NCBI RefSeq assembly: GCF_006345805.1
Contig: NC_043002.1
Span: 78,306,001-78,370,000, forward strand
Origin: Octopus sinensis
Taxonomy: Eukaryota
Length of the DNA stretch: 64,000 nt
Direction: 5' to 3'
The position numbers and the translations under genes are program-made. This document shows, one piece after another, positions 1 through 14,040 of this stretch (the first letter of the stretch is position 1; each line of letters begins with the position of its first letter). Below the pieces are notes generated by a model. The model saw only the letters and a list, made by a program, of their open reading frames with translations, ran no database searches and had not been told where the DNA came from.

Positions 1-595
1 TTCAATTTGAAACTTTAATGTATAAATATCTGTTTTACAACATTCAATAATACCTTCATTATTTTGATGACGGCTAAGCCAACTCATATTATTCTCAGTT
101 AACATTATTTATCTACACTAACTCAACAAACTTAGAGGAATGACAAAATATCAAAATTGATTAACAGAATTCAGCCAATTAACCAAACATGCAAAACTGA
201 AAGGAAATTAAATATAAGATTTGTACTGTCATTATCAGGGCTGATCTGGACAAGTAGCTTGCTTAACACAAGAGCTGTGTGTCTCTTTGAAATATACATA
301 GACACACAGCTAGCATGAGTGAATGCATATTTAAATTAATGGAATTAATAAAATGGAATTGGAATTGTTAACAGAAATTTTTAAAGATTTTTACTGATGG
401 GTACAGCACAACTGGTGGTGGTGGAACACAAACAGGAATTGAACACAGGTAGCAAAGGTCAGTTCACAAATCAAGCTTCTGTTAGCAAACATGATAGCTA
501 AATCTCCTTCCTGGCTAGGATTTTGGTCTATTGCAGGTAACTTTTTTCACAGAAAGAACTGAACTCAGTAGTACAAGCCAACAGACTAACTATGA

Positions 596-779
596 GTACT
601 TTCCTATTATCAAAAGCCAATTTTATATATACTAAAGGATTAGAAAATAAACTTTTACACTCATGAGGTAGGTGTAATAGTTGATTGGCAGACTTTTGGA
701 ACAGCTCAATCAAAGAGCAATCGTTTATTTACTAATCCTTTAGTAAATAAGAAATCAGCTGTCAGTAATAGGAAAGTAC
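596..779. repeat. Decayed foldback element
   Basis: Outer IR GTACTTTCCTATTA at 596-609 and 766-779. Inner IR at 630-652 and 723-745 (22/23 match). Confidence 0.7.
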
Positions 780-2565
780 CCTACATACAATACTGTTACT
801 ACTGTTTGCAGTGGTGAATTGTACCAATAGGGATACTTATTTAGAGATAGGTATTAATGGACAAGTGTCTTGACCATGGTCACATCCTGTCAACATGAGT
901 GACAGAATGTAAACTTCTGACCTCTCATTTAGTCACCCAGTACCTTACTGACAAGCTCTGGTGTCAAGAAATACTTGAAGCTAAAACAGCCATCCTAATG
1001 CACCAATTGACATAATTTTAATTTAGATATTCTGTTAAAACTACATTATATTAAAATCTATTCTTTTAAACAACTCTAAAAGCATCAAAGTTTCGCATTT
1101 TCAGAATGATAACAAACAAGAGCTAGTTTTCACAAGTAACCTTTGGTTAGGAATAGTTGTCTGAAAGGACATAGACTGCTGTTAGTGCAGTTGCAATTGA
1201 AGCAGGGTCCTGTATTGTTTGTATGACTATTTCTTAAACTGGCTACATTTGAAGATGTTATTGTATGTGCAAAATCATGTGTGGTAGAGTATGAAATTTC
1301 GATCATGTTTCTATTAAATTTGTAGTGTTTGGGAAATGTTAATCTATGATCGTAAAGAATGCTTTAGCGTATTGGAGTGAAACTTGGAGATTGAAAAGTA
1401 GGTTATATTTTTTGAAGTAATTGGAGTATTTTATATAAATACATACATAATTTTCTCTCTCAAACTGCTTTTCAAGAGTGCTTCATTGTAGTGGCAGGCT
1501 GATCCTTTAAAGACCTTTTCATTTTAAAATAATGAAGCTAATCTTTGGGAAATATTTTAAACCAAGTTTTAAAAAAAAAAATTCATGGGTAGTTTAAAAC
1601 ACACCTATTTCTTCAAACAAATACAGAAATCAAAGAACATCAGTTAACTGGCATAGATCATCTTTCAGTTTTTAAGTTTCCGCACTAATAGTTAAAACAT
1701 TCTTTTAGGTTCCTAGATATGAATACTTCCTGATATATCACATATATTACAAAATGTTCAACATAAAACTGATCAAAACGTCAGCCCACCACACAATCTT
1801 GTACAAAGAATAGACTCTTCAAATGTAGTCAAATTAAATAAATATTCTTAGCATGTCTATCTGTTATTAGTGAATAATACAACCTACACACAGTGAAATG
1901 TGAAATACATTATAAGCATTTACTTATGAGTATGTTTCTATCATCTGCCTGCATAACTGTACAATATACTTTGCTGCTAGTTAAAAACAAAAGTATGTCT
2001 ATTGTAAACAACGTATTTCTATAAATTTCTATAAATTGTCTTTAGTAAAGCAAAGAAAAAAATTTCCATTAAACAATTTAGCAATCTTCTAAAAATAAGA
2101 TAGAAATTAATGTTGTTTGTATCACCTTTAAATAGCAATATGTGATAAGTAAATATTTTCATAAATAATTTATATGAAACCTCAAGTGAACTAAATGATC
2201 AATGTAAGCACACACACACAATAACAATATCAATAATAATTTCAACACTAGACATTTCAATTATTTAATTATAAGCATTCTTCGCCATTACTGTATCATT
2301 ATAAAAATTAACCAAATCATTGTTAGCTTCACTTTAAAAGATAATTTTAAACTACAGACCATACTATATATTGATTATAACATTAGAATTAATTCAGTTC
2401 AGTCTACATGATTAACATATTTCATAAAATAAGTATGCTATCAAGATAGACGAATTCTAAAATTTGATGGGGGTTTTGCTTTCAGTGCTGCCTCAATGAT
2501 TAGAACTCACTTCTTCCCATTCCCACAACATGCAATCTTTATATTGTATTTTACAAATTTTATTA

Positions 2566-4345
2566 CTATCATTATTCGTTTGTCTTTATGCTCTGAGTTC
2601 AAATTCCGCCGGGGTCAACTTTGCCTTTCATCCTTTTGGGGTCAATAAAATAAGGACCTGCTGAGTACTGGGGTCGATGTAATCGACTTGCACCCGCCCC
2701 CCGAATATTTAGGCCTTGTACCCAAATTATCATTATTGTTATTATTATTATTATTAATGCAGCAAGCTGGCAGAATCATCAGCACACTAGACAAAATGTT
2801 TAGCAGCATTTTGCCTGTCTTTACTGCCTAAGTTCAAATTCTGCCAGGACTGACTTTACCTTTCATCCTTTCAGGGTTGATAAAATAAAGTACCAGTCAA
2901 ATACTGGGGTTGATGTAATTGATTATCCTCCCTCCCTTAAAATTTCAGGCCTTGAGCCTACAGTAGAAAGGCTTATTATCATCATCATTTTCCTTTTAAT
3001 CTACACATCTGATGCAATCAATCACTTGCCAGGTTACATCCAGTGCCCTTGACAAGTGAAGATAGAGAGATGTTTAGATATAACTGAAAGTTGGGGGAAG
3101 GAAAGTGCAGAGGGCAGTACAAAAATACAGTCATATAATACAACACAAGAGAAACATTTAAGTTGATAAGGTTTTTCTTGCATTTCTGTGAGATATGGTT
3201 CTCCTGGGATGTTGTCTAGATGTTTCTGATATCTCTTTTTTATCATATCAAACCTACAATAATAGGGACAGTTTTTGCTTTAAGGTATATCATCTTTTAT
3301 ATTTCAATTTTCAGGTCCTTGTATTTACTAAGCTTGTCAAATTTCTTGAGAAACATATTCTTAAAACTGGGGACATTTACATCTATCAGTTTACAAGTAT
3401 TTTCTCCCTTTTCTTTAATAATCATGTCTGGTTAATTAGCCTGGATTGTTTTTTCAGTGTTGAATGGAAAATGCCAAAGGGTTGTGACTTGTTTTATTAT
3501 TATCATTATTAAGACAGTGAGCTAGTGGAATCTTTTTGTTAGACAAAATGCTTAGTGGTATTTTTTCTAGCTCTATGTTCAACCATGCTGAGGTTGACTT
3601 TGCTTTTCATCTATACAAAGTTGATAAAGTAAACACCTGTTGAGTACTAGGATCAATGTAACTGACTATACTCCTCTCTTTAAAAACTGCTGGCCTTATG
3701 TGAAATTTGAAAACATTATTATGTTAATTATGTAGATTCATAAGGTGGCGAGTTGGTATAATCAATAGCACATCAGACAAAATGCTTAGCAGCATTTGTT
3801 CTGTCTATTTAATTTCTAGGTTCAAATTCCACCAAGGTCAAACAACTTTGTCTTTCATCTTTTCAAGGCTGATAAAATCACAAGTATTAGGGGTGGGGTG
3901 GGGATGTAACTGATTTTTCACCAGCCTCAAAAATTGCTGGCCTTGTGCCAAAATTTGAAAGCATTAATTTCTTGACCCCCAAAAGTATTTTGTCTGTCTT
4001 CACATTCTGAGTTCAAATGCTGCCGGGATCAACTTTGCCTTTCATTCTTTCGGGATCAATAAAATAAGTACCAGTTGAGCACTGGAGTCGATGTAATCAA
4101 CTAGTCCCCTTCTCCCAAATTTTTGTGCCTTTAGTAGAAAGGATTATTATTATTATTATTAAAGGCAATAAGCTGGCAGAATTATTAAAACACCGGACAA
4201 ACTGAGTTCTATTTCTATTGAGATCAACTTTGCCTTCTATCCTCTTGGGAAACAAAAAAAGTAAATAGCAGCCAAGTTCTGGGGATGTAACCAACTTGTC
4301 CCCACCCCTCAAAATTGCTATCCTTGTGCCAAAATTAGAAAGAAT
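2566..4345 (+). mobile_element. Cluster of about 6 same-orientation family A SINEs
   Basis: Repeated unit GAGTTCAAATT...CAACTTTGCCTTTCATCC...GATAAAATAAGTACC...GGCCTTGTGCCAAAAT, each ending in (ATT)n. Interrupted by non-family sequence at about 2990-3510. Confidence 0.8.
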
Positions 4346-7300
4346 TCTTATTTTATTTTATTTTTGCCAAAGGAGCTAATCACTAGTTTCTTCAGTGTCA
4401 AGCTTTTTTTTTCTTTTCTATTCACTATAAAATGAACACTTTGAAAACTACAAATAAAATAAAACTATAAAAAAAAAACAAGAAGTAAAAAAAAAAGCAG
4501 ATTGCAGATATCATTACAGGAAGCAATAAAGAGAAATGTGTTTATATTAGCAGATTTATTTTGCACTCATCTGACTAAATGCTACCATTCATTATGGTGT
4601 GATAGACAATTTCTTTTTATTTCAATACCTGCAGTGATCATCAATAAATCAAAAGGGCAATTATGTATTTTATCTTATTTTATTTTATTTTGCAGTTTGT
4701 GAACAAAAGCTAGACTGTTTTTGCTAGTGTTAGAATTAGAGATGGGCAACTTTGCGTGGTACTTAGGTTCAATCATCATAATGCAATTTCATTCATTTTT
4801 AGTTAATTTTTCTACAGTTTATAAATTGGGTAGATGGTAATGAATATAATGAGTAATGAGTAATCACTGTAGTTAATTTATAATTGCATCAAACATAGAA
4901 CAAGAACATTGAAAACTTTCTCCCAGTTTGGTTCTTAGATTGTTTTGTTTTCTCTTTTTACTCATGCTTTTTCCACACTGATATGAACTGGACAAGACTA
5001 TACGAGGCAGTATTCCAAAGTTAGATACCCTTCCTGATGCCAATGTTTACTTGTTTATCAACTAAGATATTCTTTTCCACATTTTTGCATGTTGAATCGC
5101 TACAAGATATTTTTATGGAAGACATAAATGGCACCAGTGCAAAATTGACATCAATAAAGATACATGGATACAACAACCCTCACACATACATATGAATATA
5201 TTAGTAATATTAAACATCCACTTTTTGATGCTTGCATGGATCAGATGGAATTTGTTGAGAAAAATTTTCTACAGACAGAAGCCTTTCCTGTCACCAGGCC
5301 TTCAACTTTTCCCCATAACCAGACATGTTTTTCATAGGAGACAGGACACAAACATCATTTGTATGATGGTGATGCTTGTTTACAACCAACACAGGATGTC
5401 AAGACAAGGATACACACACACACACACATACCCATACAACAGGCTTCCTTCAGTTTCTGAGTTTCCATCAACAAAATCCATTCACATGGCTTTGGTCAGC
5501 CTGGGCTATACAAAACACTTGCCCAAGATGTTGTACACACAAGCTTCTGTACAGTTTCTCTCTTCTAAATTCCAATCTCAAGTTAGTGGTTAGCCTGAAG
5601 TTATATTGGAATTGAAACCTAAAACCCGGTGGCTGCAAAGTGACTTCATAACCAAACAGTTAAACCCATGCCTGCGTTCACTAACAAAATGGAGGTAAAA
5701 GCCTTAAGTGATTGGAAGAGATTATTAAAATATTCTCAGTTCAGTAAGTTATTTAAATGATGGTAAAACAGAGAAGGGCCACAGTCAACAAAGAAATATA
5801 ACATTCAGCAAGAATAGGAATATTATCTGCATGTATTTTATCTAGAAAACGCAGAATAACCACATGACAGAAATAATTAACATATTAATAATTGAAAACA
5901 AATAAAAGACACATTATTGAGATGATAAAGCTCGACAACAGACCCAATTTTCAAAATCAATAATCAAAACAGACTCCGATAAACAGTAAAGTTACATTGA
6001 CATGCACGTTTGCGCGGAGAAATGGAAGGCCAAATAATTGCAACTTCCAATAAGCTACTAATCAAAAACACATACTAAATTAAATAACAAGAGATATTGA
6101 ATATGGTTAGTGGCTAATTTGAAAAAAGCCATTAGCTGGAACAGCAGAATATATTTATAGACTCAAGAGTGTAGCAGACCCAAATTAAGAGAAATGGCTT
6201 AAGCATAGGAACTTTTTTTTTTAATGGTTTAATCAGAGCAAGAAGAGCGGTGCTCATGACCTTTTTCCAAGCTTCTGAGGGTGGTGAAAGGAAGTTATAC
6301 TTAGAGAAAAAAGCTGACCTGAACACTTGCTGCAGAGTGGGCTCCACTATAGGCACCCAAGTCTAGGCGGTGGTGTTAAACTGGGACAACAGGTTAAGAC
6401 TATGACCTACAAATAAAAAGGCTCCTTTGACAGGCTATTCCATACAAGGATTTGATTGACTAAAGGTTACATTAGAAGATACTTGCCCAAGGTACTTTGC
6501 AGTGGGACAGAACCTGAATTATGTAGTTGTAAAGGCAAACTTCTTAACAGAGCCAAACCTGCACCCAAAAACAAAAGAAGAAAAAAACCAGGCTAATTCC
6601 TTAAAAGTAGAAACACAAACACACAGATCTGAGGGTACCTGATTAAGGAGTACTGTCCAATCAGTTCAAATACGCTAATGAAGGATATTGAAAAATAAAT
6701 ATACAACAACAAATTGTTAAAATATAAAGAGCCGTAAACTGCAGTATCAAAATGTAGAATATGGTCATAATTACTATTCTTGCTATTACGAGACCTTTAG
6801 AAATGAAATCAAGGCCATGAACAAAGAAACAAAGAAATTCTGAGCAAACTTTCTATGTAGCAAAAGTTAGTGCTACAAAGAATGTACACATCCTTCAAGA
6901 AAATGTTACAGACTGACTGACCAGCAAATAGGAATAATTATAACTAAGAAACTTACTTTATTTCAAGATTAAAGATCACTTTTGTATTATATATATACAT
7001 ATGCACATGCCCAAATGGAAGTAAATTCTAATAACTAATAATTATCAAAAAATTTCAACTCCATCCCATTGACTAAAATGTTGTTATTATCCAGTAGTAT
7101 TTTGTGGTCTGCATCAAAGGCTAAATTGTTGCTTTTTGTTGTTTTTCTTTTAATAAAAGAAACTTCAATGTTCAGTATGCTCTGACTGTATATTACCTTA
7201 TACTTCTGAAAGCACCACCAAGATAGCACTTTTACAATCTTCTCTCTCTCTCACATAAACACACACAAGATAAACATACCAATAAAATATATAGATACCA

Positions 7301-7560
7301 AATCTGAGTCTAGAGTATCTTTATACATAATTTTCCTGTCAAGATATTTTAGATGTATACAATAAAAAAATATATTTGTAAAATATTTACAAATTGTTGA
7401 CACCAATGTTTTTGCAATTGGAGGCTTTTTAGAGCTAACCAATCAATGTGAAGAGTGGTATATATTTATTTATTCAGCTAAACAGGAGACAAGCAGTGTG
7501 ATGTGCTTTCTAACTACATAAATACAATACTAAGGCTGATATGTTAAAGAGAAAGCCTCT

Positions 7561-7750
7561 ACAATAGATCTTCTAGAAATAGTAGCTAAGTCTCACTGAA
7601 ATCACATCTTATCTGAAATAAAGAACACACTGGACAATGAATTCCTTGATATAAAAGAAGAAAAAAAAGAGACAGGATGATCATGGCTGGAATACCTTTG
7701 ATCATGGGTTTACTTAATCAGAGTTAACATGGGGCTAGACCACAACAGCA
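7561..7750 (+). mobile_element. Dispersed repeat family D (CTAGAAATAGCAGCCAAATCTC...GGATAATG...ATCATGGCTGGAATGCC...AAACAAC)
   Basis: Related copies at about 30770-30920, 35330-35455, 39720-39900, 42660-42840 (-), 44800-45000, 47720-47830 (-), 50421-50760, 51180-51370 and 61870-61990. Confidence 0.6.
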
Positions 7751-9620
7751 TAAATAATTCCTCTAGAATAAAAAAATAAATAAATAAATAAATAAAGCCA
7801 TTGCTTAATCATTTAGTGTAAAATTATTGATTAAACTCAGCTGTAACTCCACCACCAACATGATCAAGTAATGAGTTTTGAAAATATATATTATGAGCAT
7901 ATGGATCCATCACAAGAGAAAAAAATTTAAAATACCTGGAGAAAAAATCCTGAATAGTTTTAGTTTGAGTCATGAGATAGCTTCTTTATTCAGGACATGG
8001 AATACATTTAGAATGAGTTAGGAACTTAAAGAAGAAAAATGATGGCACATTGCAGTTGTCATCAACCAAAAGATAAGTCTAGAAGTAGAAATAATAAAAG
8101 AATACTACAGTGAAATCCATTCACTGTATAACAAATTTAGTACTATCAAATGAAATGTTAACAGCTCATTCATTATTTCAAATGTTTATCATCCTGAGGG
8201 CCACAATAGCAGCAAACCAACTAATACAGACTAATTTTGCTAGTTGCTCACCAACAACTGCTAATTGTTCTCAAAAAGCTTTCCAGCATTCTTAAAGCAA
8301 CAAATATACTTCCTTTGCTAATAGACTGGAGCAGCTTGAAAGCTTCCACTTGATAAGCCATGTATACTGAAGCTCCTGAAGAAGCCTGCCTGGAGACACA
8401 ACTCATCTAACACTCAAGCTAAATCAACTGATCACTTCCACTGTTTCTTCATCTTCCTATCTCCCTTTATAGAAAAACAGCAGCACCTTGGCAACAGCAA
8501 ATGAAATACTACACTCTGTATTTATTCAATATATATTCACTGGTAATGTTTTTTCTTCATGTCACCCAAGTCAGTACAGAACGCTCCTTATTATTCTAAT
8601 TTTACCTCTTTTAATTTAAAAGTACTTTCAACAAGTAACAATAGAAAAAAAGAACCATATCTAAATATATTTTAATGGCTACATTCTTTTCATTTTCTGT
8701 CTATCCAAGAAATAAGACTCTTTGGCTGACATGTTTCATGCAAGTGAACAGAAATAGAACCACAAAATTATGAAGAAATTTATGCACAAGCACAGGAAAA
8801 TAGACAGGGTCATATTATGTGTGGCTCATATCCAACTCTAAGGAACTTCAATGGATAAGTTAAATAAATAACTTGAAAATAAATACATGGTCTTTACAGC
8901 AAATTTAATTCATAGAAGAAGCTTAAGCCAGGTTCAAAATATAAATAAAGAGAATGAAAGCCATTTTATATTATAGTTATTTTAAAATTCTTTCCTGTGA
9001 CGGAAAGACTATTTTTCCTGTCTCTTTTTACAATTCTTATACTTTTATATAGGAAATTATGTACCTTATTCAACTTGATTATAATGGATTTTCGCATCAA
9101 ATACAATATATTTGGCAACAAGATTTAAAAGAAATGAAAATAAATGAATGCTATAAACAAAGAGAAGAAAAAAGGAAACTTAGAAGCCATACACACACCT
9201 ACACACACACATAAATGAGCCATACCCAGCCAAAGTTAGAAGTACACATATATCATGGACAAACAATTAAGGTAAGCATATACATGCACACACACACACA
9301 CGCGCGTACAATTTGTATAGAATTTCGATTTTGAAGGGGAGTTTTCTAGCATGAATAACAAGGGCAACCTCTGAGGCATTGTGAAATTGACAGAAGTGAC
9401 ATAAAAGCTTATTTCCTATTACTAGCAATGTCTGCTACTGTCGTTACTGGTGCTTTTGTTTTGTATCAGCCAGATCATAATTTTGCTTGACAATTCACTG
9501 AGCACATTGTATTTGCTGGTAACCTTGCTAGTTTTTCCTTCACTAACTTTTCAATGCCCCCTTGCTACACTGTAATACAATTAAATATACCACATGTTGG
9601 TGTGTGTGTGTGTGTATATA

Positions 9621-10723
9621 ATCATCATTGTTTAATGTCCACTTGCCATGCTGGCATGGGTTGGACGATTTGACTGAGAACTGGTGCGCCAGAAGGCTGC
9701 ACCAGGCTCCAATCTGATCTGGCAAAGTTTCTACAGCTGGATGCACTTCCTAATCCCAACCACTCTGAGAGTGTAGTGGATGCTTTTATGTGCCACCAGC
9801 ATGAGAGCCAGTCAGGCGGTTCTGACAATGACCACACCGAAAAGGTGTTTTTTTACATGCTACTTGCATGGGAGCCAGTCCAGCGGCACTAGCAACGACC
9901 ACACTTGAATGTTGTTTTTCATGTGTGAGTGTGGCAATGCTGACAATGATTACGCTCGAATGGTGCTTTTTATGTGCCACCGGTGCAGAAGCCAATCAGT
10001 GTCCCTGGCAACGATCACGCTCAGATGGTGCTTACACATCCAGCAGAGCATACTAGCTTCATTCCGTGCAAGCTTATATGCATGTCCTCAGAAGTCATGG
10101 CCCATGTTTCACTGCCATGTAGCATGGCTGTTCATACACATGTGCCATACAGTCTATTTTTTACTCTGAGCAAGATGCCCTTTGTCACCAGCAGAGGTAG
10201 GAGATCTCTGAACTTTGCCCAGGCTATTATTATTATAGCAGCTACACTTTCAGAGCATCCACCCTTGCTACTGACTTGGTCACCTAGGTAATGGAAGCTA
10301 TCAACTACTTGTAGTTTTTCTCCCTGGAATGTGACAGAAGCTGTTCTCTGTACATTTTTAGTATTTATAGCACCTGAGCATTTGTCACATACAAAATCTA
10401 TCTTCCTAGTTAGCCTTCCTTTGATATTGCTGCACCTATTATTTGTCCATAGCTAACACTAGGTACATCTTATGGAGTTTCTACCTACGCCTTTTCTACA
10501 GATCAGGCAGGGCCATCTACCTGAAGGGATTTGTGGTTTGTCTGTCTTCCTACTTATTAAGACTTTGGTTTTAGCTAGGTTGACTCAAAGGCCCTTCAAT
10601 TCTAATCCTTGCTTCTACACCTGACACTTTTCAAGTTCTTATAGTGACTCAGCAATTAGAGCAAGGTCATCAGCATAGAGGAGCTCCCGGGGGCATCCTG
10701 TTTTGAATTCTTCTGTTATTGCC
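9621..10723 (-). mobile_element. 5'-truncated, decayed RTE-clade LINE (RT C-terminus plus 3' end)
   Basis: The minus strand encodes ...ELLYADDLALIAES...KTKVLISRK...WPCLICRKGVGRNSIRC...VDSFHYLGD...AWAKFRDLLPLL...AMLHGSETWAM, with stops. The 3' end carries a (GAT)n tail at 9621. Confidence 0.85.
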
Positions 10724-11994
10724 TGGAGGGTGCTCCAGTATGACCACAGCCACATGGCTGAAACAAGTAAAAGAATATATGTACACACATGTAAGGATGC
10801 TAGCCAATTGTCCTGATTGCATGTATTGAAATATCTTTTAAATTGTGCCTTTTTTTTTTTTTTTTTTCATTGTTCATGATTCGTATACATCGTTGGGAAA
10901 TTTGGTTCTCTTTATTTACTTATTTGCATTTTGAGCAAATTTTCTGTGGCCAGATGATGCCATTCCAAAGGTATATATTTTTCCATGGAGGATTGCAACA
11001 CTGATTGCCTGACAGTAATACTTGTTCACAATTACTGCATGATATCAAGACAAGGAGACACATTTATGCATATATATATATTTATATATGCCCTACCCAT
11101 TTCCTAATTTCTTGTCTTGTGAGTTACTTGGTTACCCTGCCAGTGCTGGCACCATGTTAAAAGCATCCAGTCCACACTGTACGTGGTTGGCATCTGGAAG
11201 GGCATCTAGCAGTAAAAATCTTGCCAAAACTAACTTCACCTGTGCTAGTGCCACATAAAAAGCACTGAGTCCTATTCTGTGTGGGTGGTTGGTGTTAGGA
11301 AAGGCATCCAGCTGTAAAATCCCTGCCAAAACAGACACAGTAGCCTTGGGTAGATTTTCTACTTGGCCAGCTCCTGTCAACCGTCCTACCCATGCATGCA
11401 TGGAAGATGGGTATTAAATGATGAGGAAGTCTACTATTATTGTTTTCTTCTGGCTATGCAGTCTGTGCTCAAATTTTGCTGAGGTCAACTTTTGCTGTTC
11501 AGCCTTTTGGAGTTGATAAAATAAGTACCAGTGAAGCAGCAGAGTTGATGTAATTGACTAACACACCTCCCACAAAATTTCAGATCTTGTGCTTACATTA
11601 GAAAGAATCACCATGATTATCACTGATGTCATTCATGGTATTATGACTAACAAACAGTTTCTTGTGTTCAAAATTTTTTTTAAAGATATTTGAATGACTA
11701 AAATATTGTACAGAAGCTTGCATAACCCTTGTCCCCAGTATCCATATAAAATCCTCCACGCAGATCAGTACCACTCTCTTTGAGAAGCATTGGTTTATAT
11801 GCATTGGATTCTCTCAACTCATCATCATATTTGAGTCTGAATCAAAAAGGATAGCAAACCAGAAATGTTATACATAGAATGCACATCACTATTATACACC
11901 TCAAATTGATATATTGTATTGTTTGTGTTACAAGCATGGATGTGCATGCACAACTGTAAATGCACATATACAAATGTAAATTCTTAAATGTGTG

Positions 11995-12680
11995 CATACA
12001 CACTATATATATATATATATATATATATACATACACACACACACACATATTTATATACATACATTTATATATATACATATACACACACAAATACATATAT
12101 ATATTTATATACACACAACACAAATACATATATGTATACATACACACACATATACAAAAAGCACCATCCAAATGTGGTCGATGCCAATGCTGCCCGGTGG
12201 CCCCCGTGGTGGTGGCATGTAAAAGCACCCACTACAGTTCAGAGTGTTTGCCGTTAGGAAAGGCATCTACTGTAGAAACCACACCAGATCAGATTGGATT
12301 GGATTGGATTGGAGTCTGGTGCAGCCTGTTGGCTTGCCAGTCCCCGGTCAAACCGTCCAACCCATGCCAGCATGGAAAATGAACATTAAACGATGATGAT
12401 ATACATACACAAGTACGCTATATATATATACACACACACACACACAAACACATCTATATATACATATAAACACACACACATACATATATAAATATACAAA
12501 TACATAAATACATATACACACACACACACATATATATATATATACAACTACATCTATATATACACACATACATATATAAATATACAAATACATATATACA
12601 TATACACACACACAAATATATATACAACTGCATCTATATATACATACATACATACATACACACATACATATATTTATATT
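11995..12680. repeat. Compound TA/CA microsatellite fields flanking an RTE 3' fragment
   Basis: Directly visible (TA)n, (CA)n and (TACA)n. These explain the low-complexity ORFs 11842-12665. Confidence 0.95.
12160..12400 (+). mobile_element. RTE 3'-end fragment
   Basis: GGCATGTAAAAGCACC...CCAACCCATGCCAGCATGGAAAATGAACATTAAACGATGATGAT. Relatives at 11130-11425 (+), 13205-13355 (-), 37865-37990 (-) and 57440-57660 (+). Confidence 0.75.
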
Positions 12681-13367
12681 ATTGTTATCATTATTATTAT
12701 TGTTTGCTTTTATGTACAGTTATATAAATAAAAACAGTGAAACATTTAACTGAAGGATCAATCGATACCTTTCTGTAGAGTACCATATTTTATTTTTAAA
12801 AAAGGGAAAGGTTGACAGTTACTTTGAAGCCTGTCCAATAAAGACTAGATGTCCAAAACTTCCAAGTAACTGTCAACCTTATCTTTGTAATGATTTGCAT
12901 ACAAGCTAACACACACACACACCGCTGTCAACTTTGCTAACCAAATTCACAGTTACTGAGAAAGGAGTCATTTTGTCTTAGCTGTTTTCCATTTTAATTA
13001 TGCAAATTAGCATTAGACAAGAGTGTACTAAACTATTTTTATATATATTAAATTATCCCTGACTGTTAGGATACAAGAAAGACTATGATATACATGCTAA
13101 TCACAGTAAACCAAGGCCAAAACACATCCATATGTCCCTTGGCTGTGAAACAAAGATTAGATTGTCCTTTTTTAAGTATGTCAATTCAACCGTGTAATTA
13201 TTCTTGAATACATCATCATCATTATCGTTTAACGTCTGTTCTCCATGCTAGCATGGGTTGGACGGTTCGACCGGGGATCTGGGAAGCCAGAAGGCTGCGC
13301 CAGGCTCCAGTCTGATCTGGCAGTGTTTCTACAGCTGGATGCCCTTCCTAATGCTAAATAGGTGTTT

Positions 13368-13404
<37 letters not shown>

Positions 13405-14040
13405 AGAGACACACTGACTGATATAGAGACATAGCACAATACACATGTAAAATACTGACTATATCATGGTTTCAAATGCTGGCACAGGACTAGCAATTTC
13501 AAGGAATTGACCCCAGTGCTCAGCTGCTACTGATTTTATCAATCCCAAAAAATAAGAAAGGCAAAAATCAACCTTGGTGGGATTTGAACTCAAAATGTAA
13601 AAGAGGTGAAAAGCTGCCAAGCATTTTGTTCGGTGTGCTAACAATTCTGCCAACTTGCTACCTACACTTACTATATAATGCTTCTACTAAACTGCATATC
13701 ATATATTATCATAATATATAACAGCTATGACATACAACATATAATACACTGATATATAACATATCATAAAATGTAGATATATTGCATGTCGTATAATCTA
13801 TTGTTATATGTCATATTGTAGAAAGCAAAGGTATGGCTGCATTATTAAGAAGTTTGTTTCTCAACTACATGGTTTTAGGTTCAAGCACACTCTGTAACAC
13901 CTTGGACAACTTAAGAAATAAACACAACTTCTGTTATATCTCCTGGCCAACCAAAGCCTTGTGAGTGGATCTGGATCAGGTAGAAGAAAACTGAAAGAAG
14001 CTTGACTAATATGTATATATGTATGTATATATACGCAAAT

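Noticed and set aside
8230-8500. Possible retroelement RNase H or exon remnant
   Set aside because: Stops in the frames examined and no motif strong enough to call.
11842-12665. Overlapping 76-140 aa ORFs rich in Y/I/H/T/C/V
   Set aside because: They are translations of TA/CA microsatellites. The same applies to 63507-63812 and 16872-17186.
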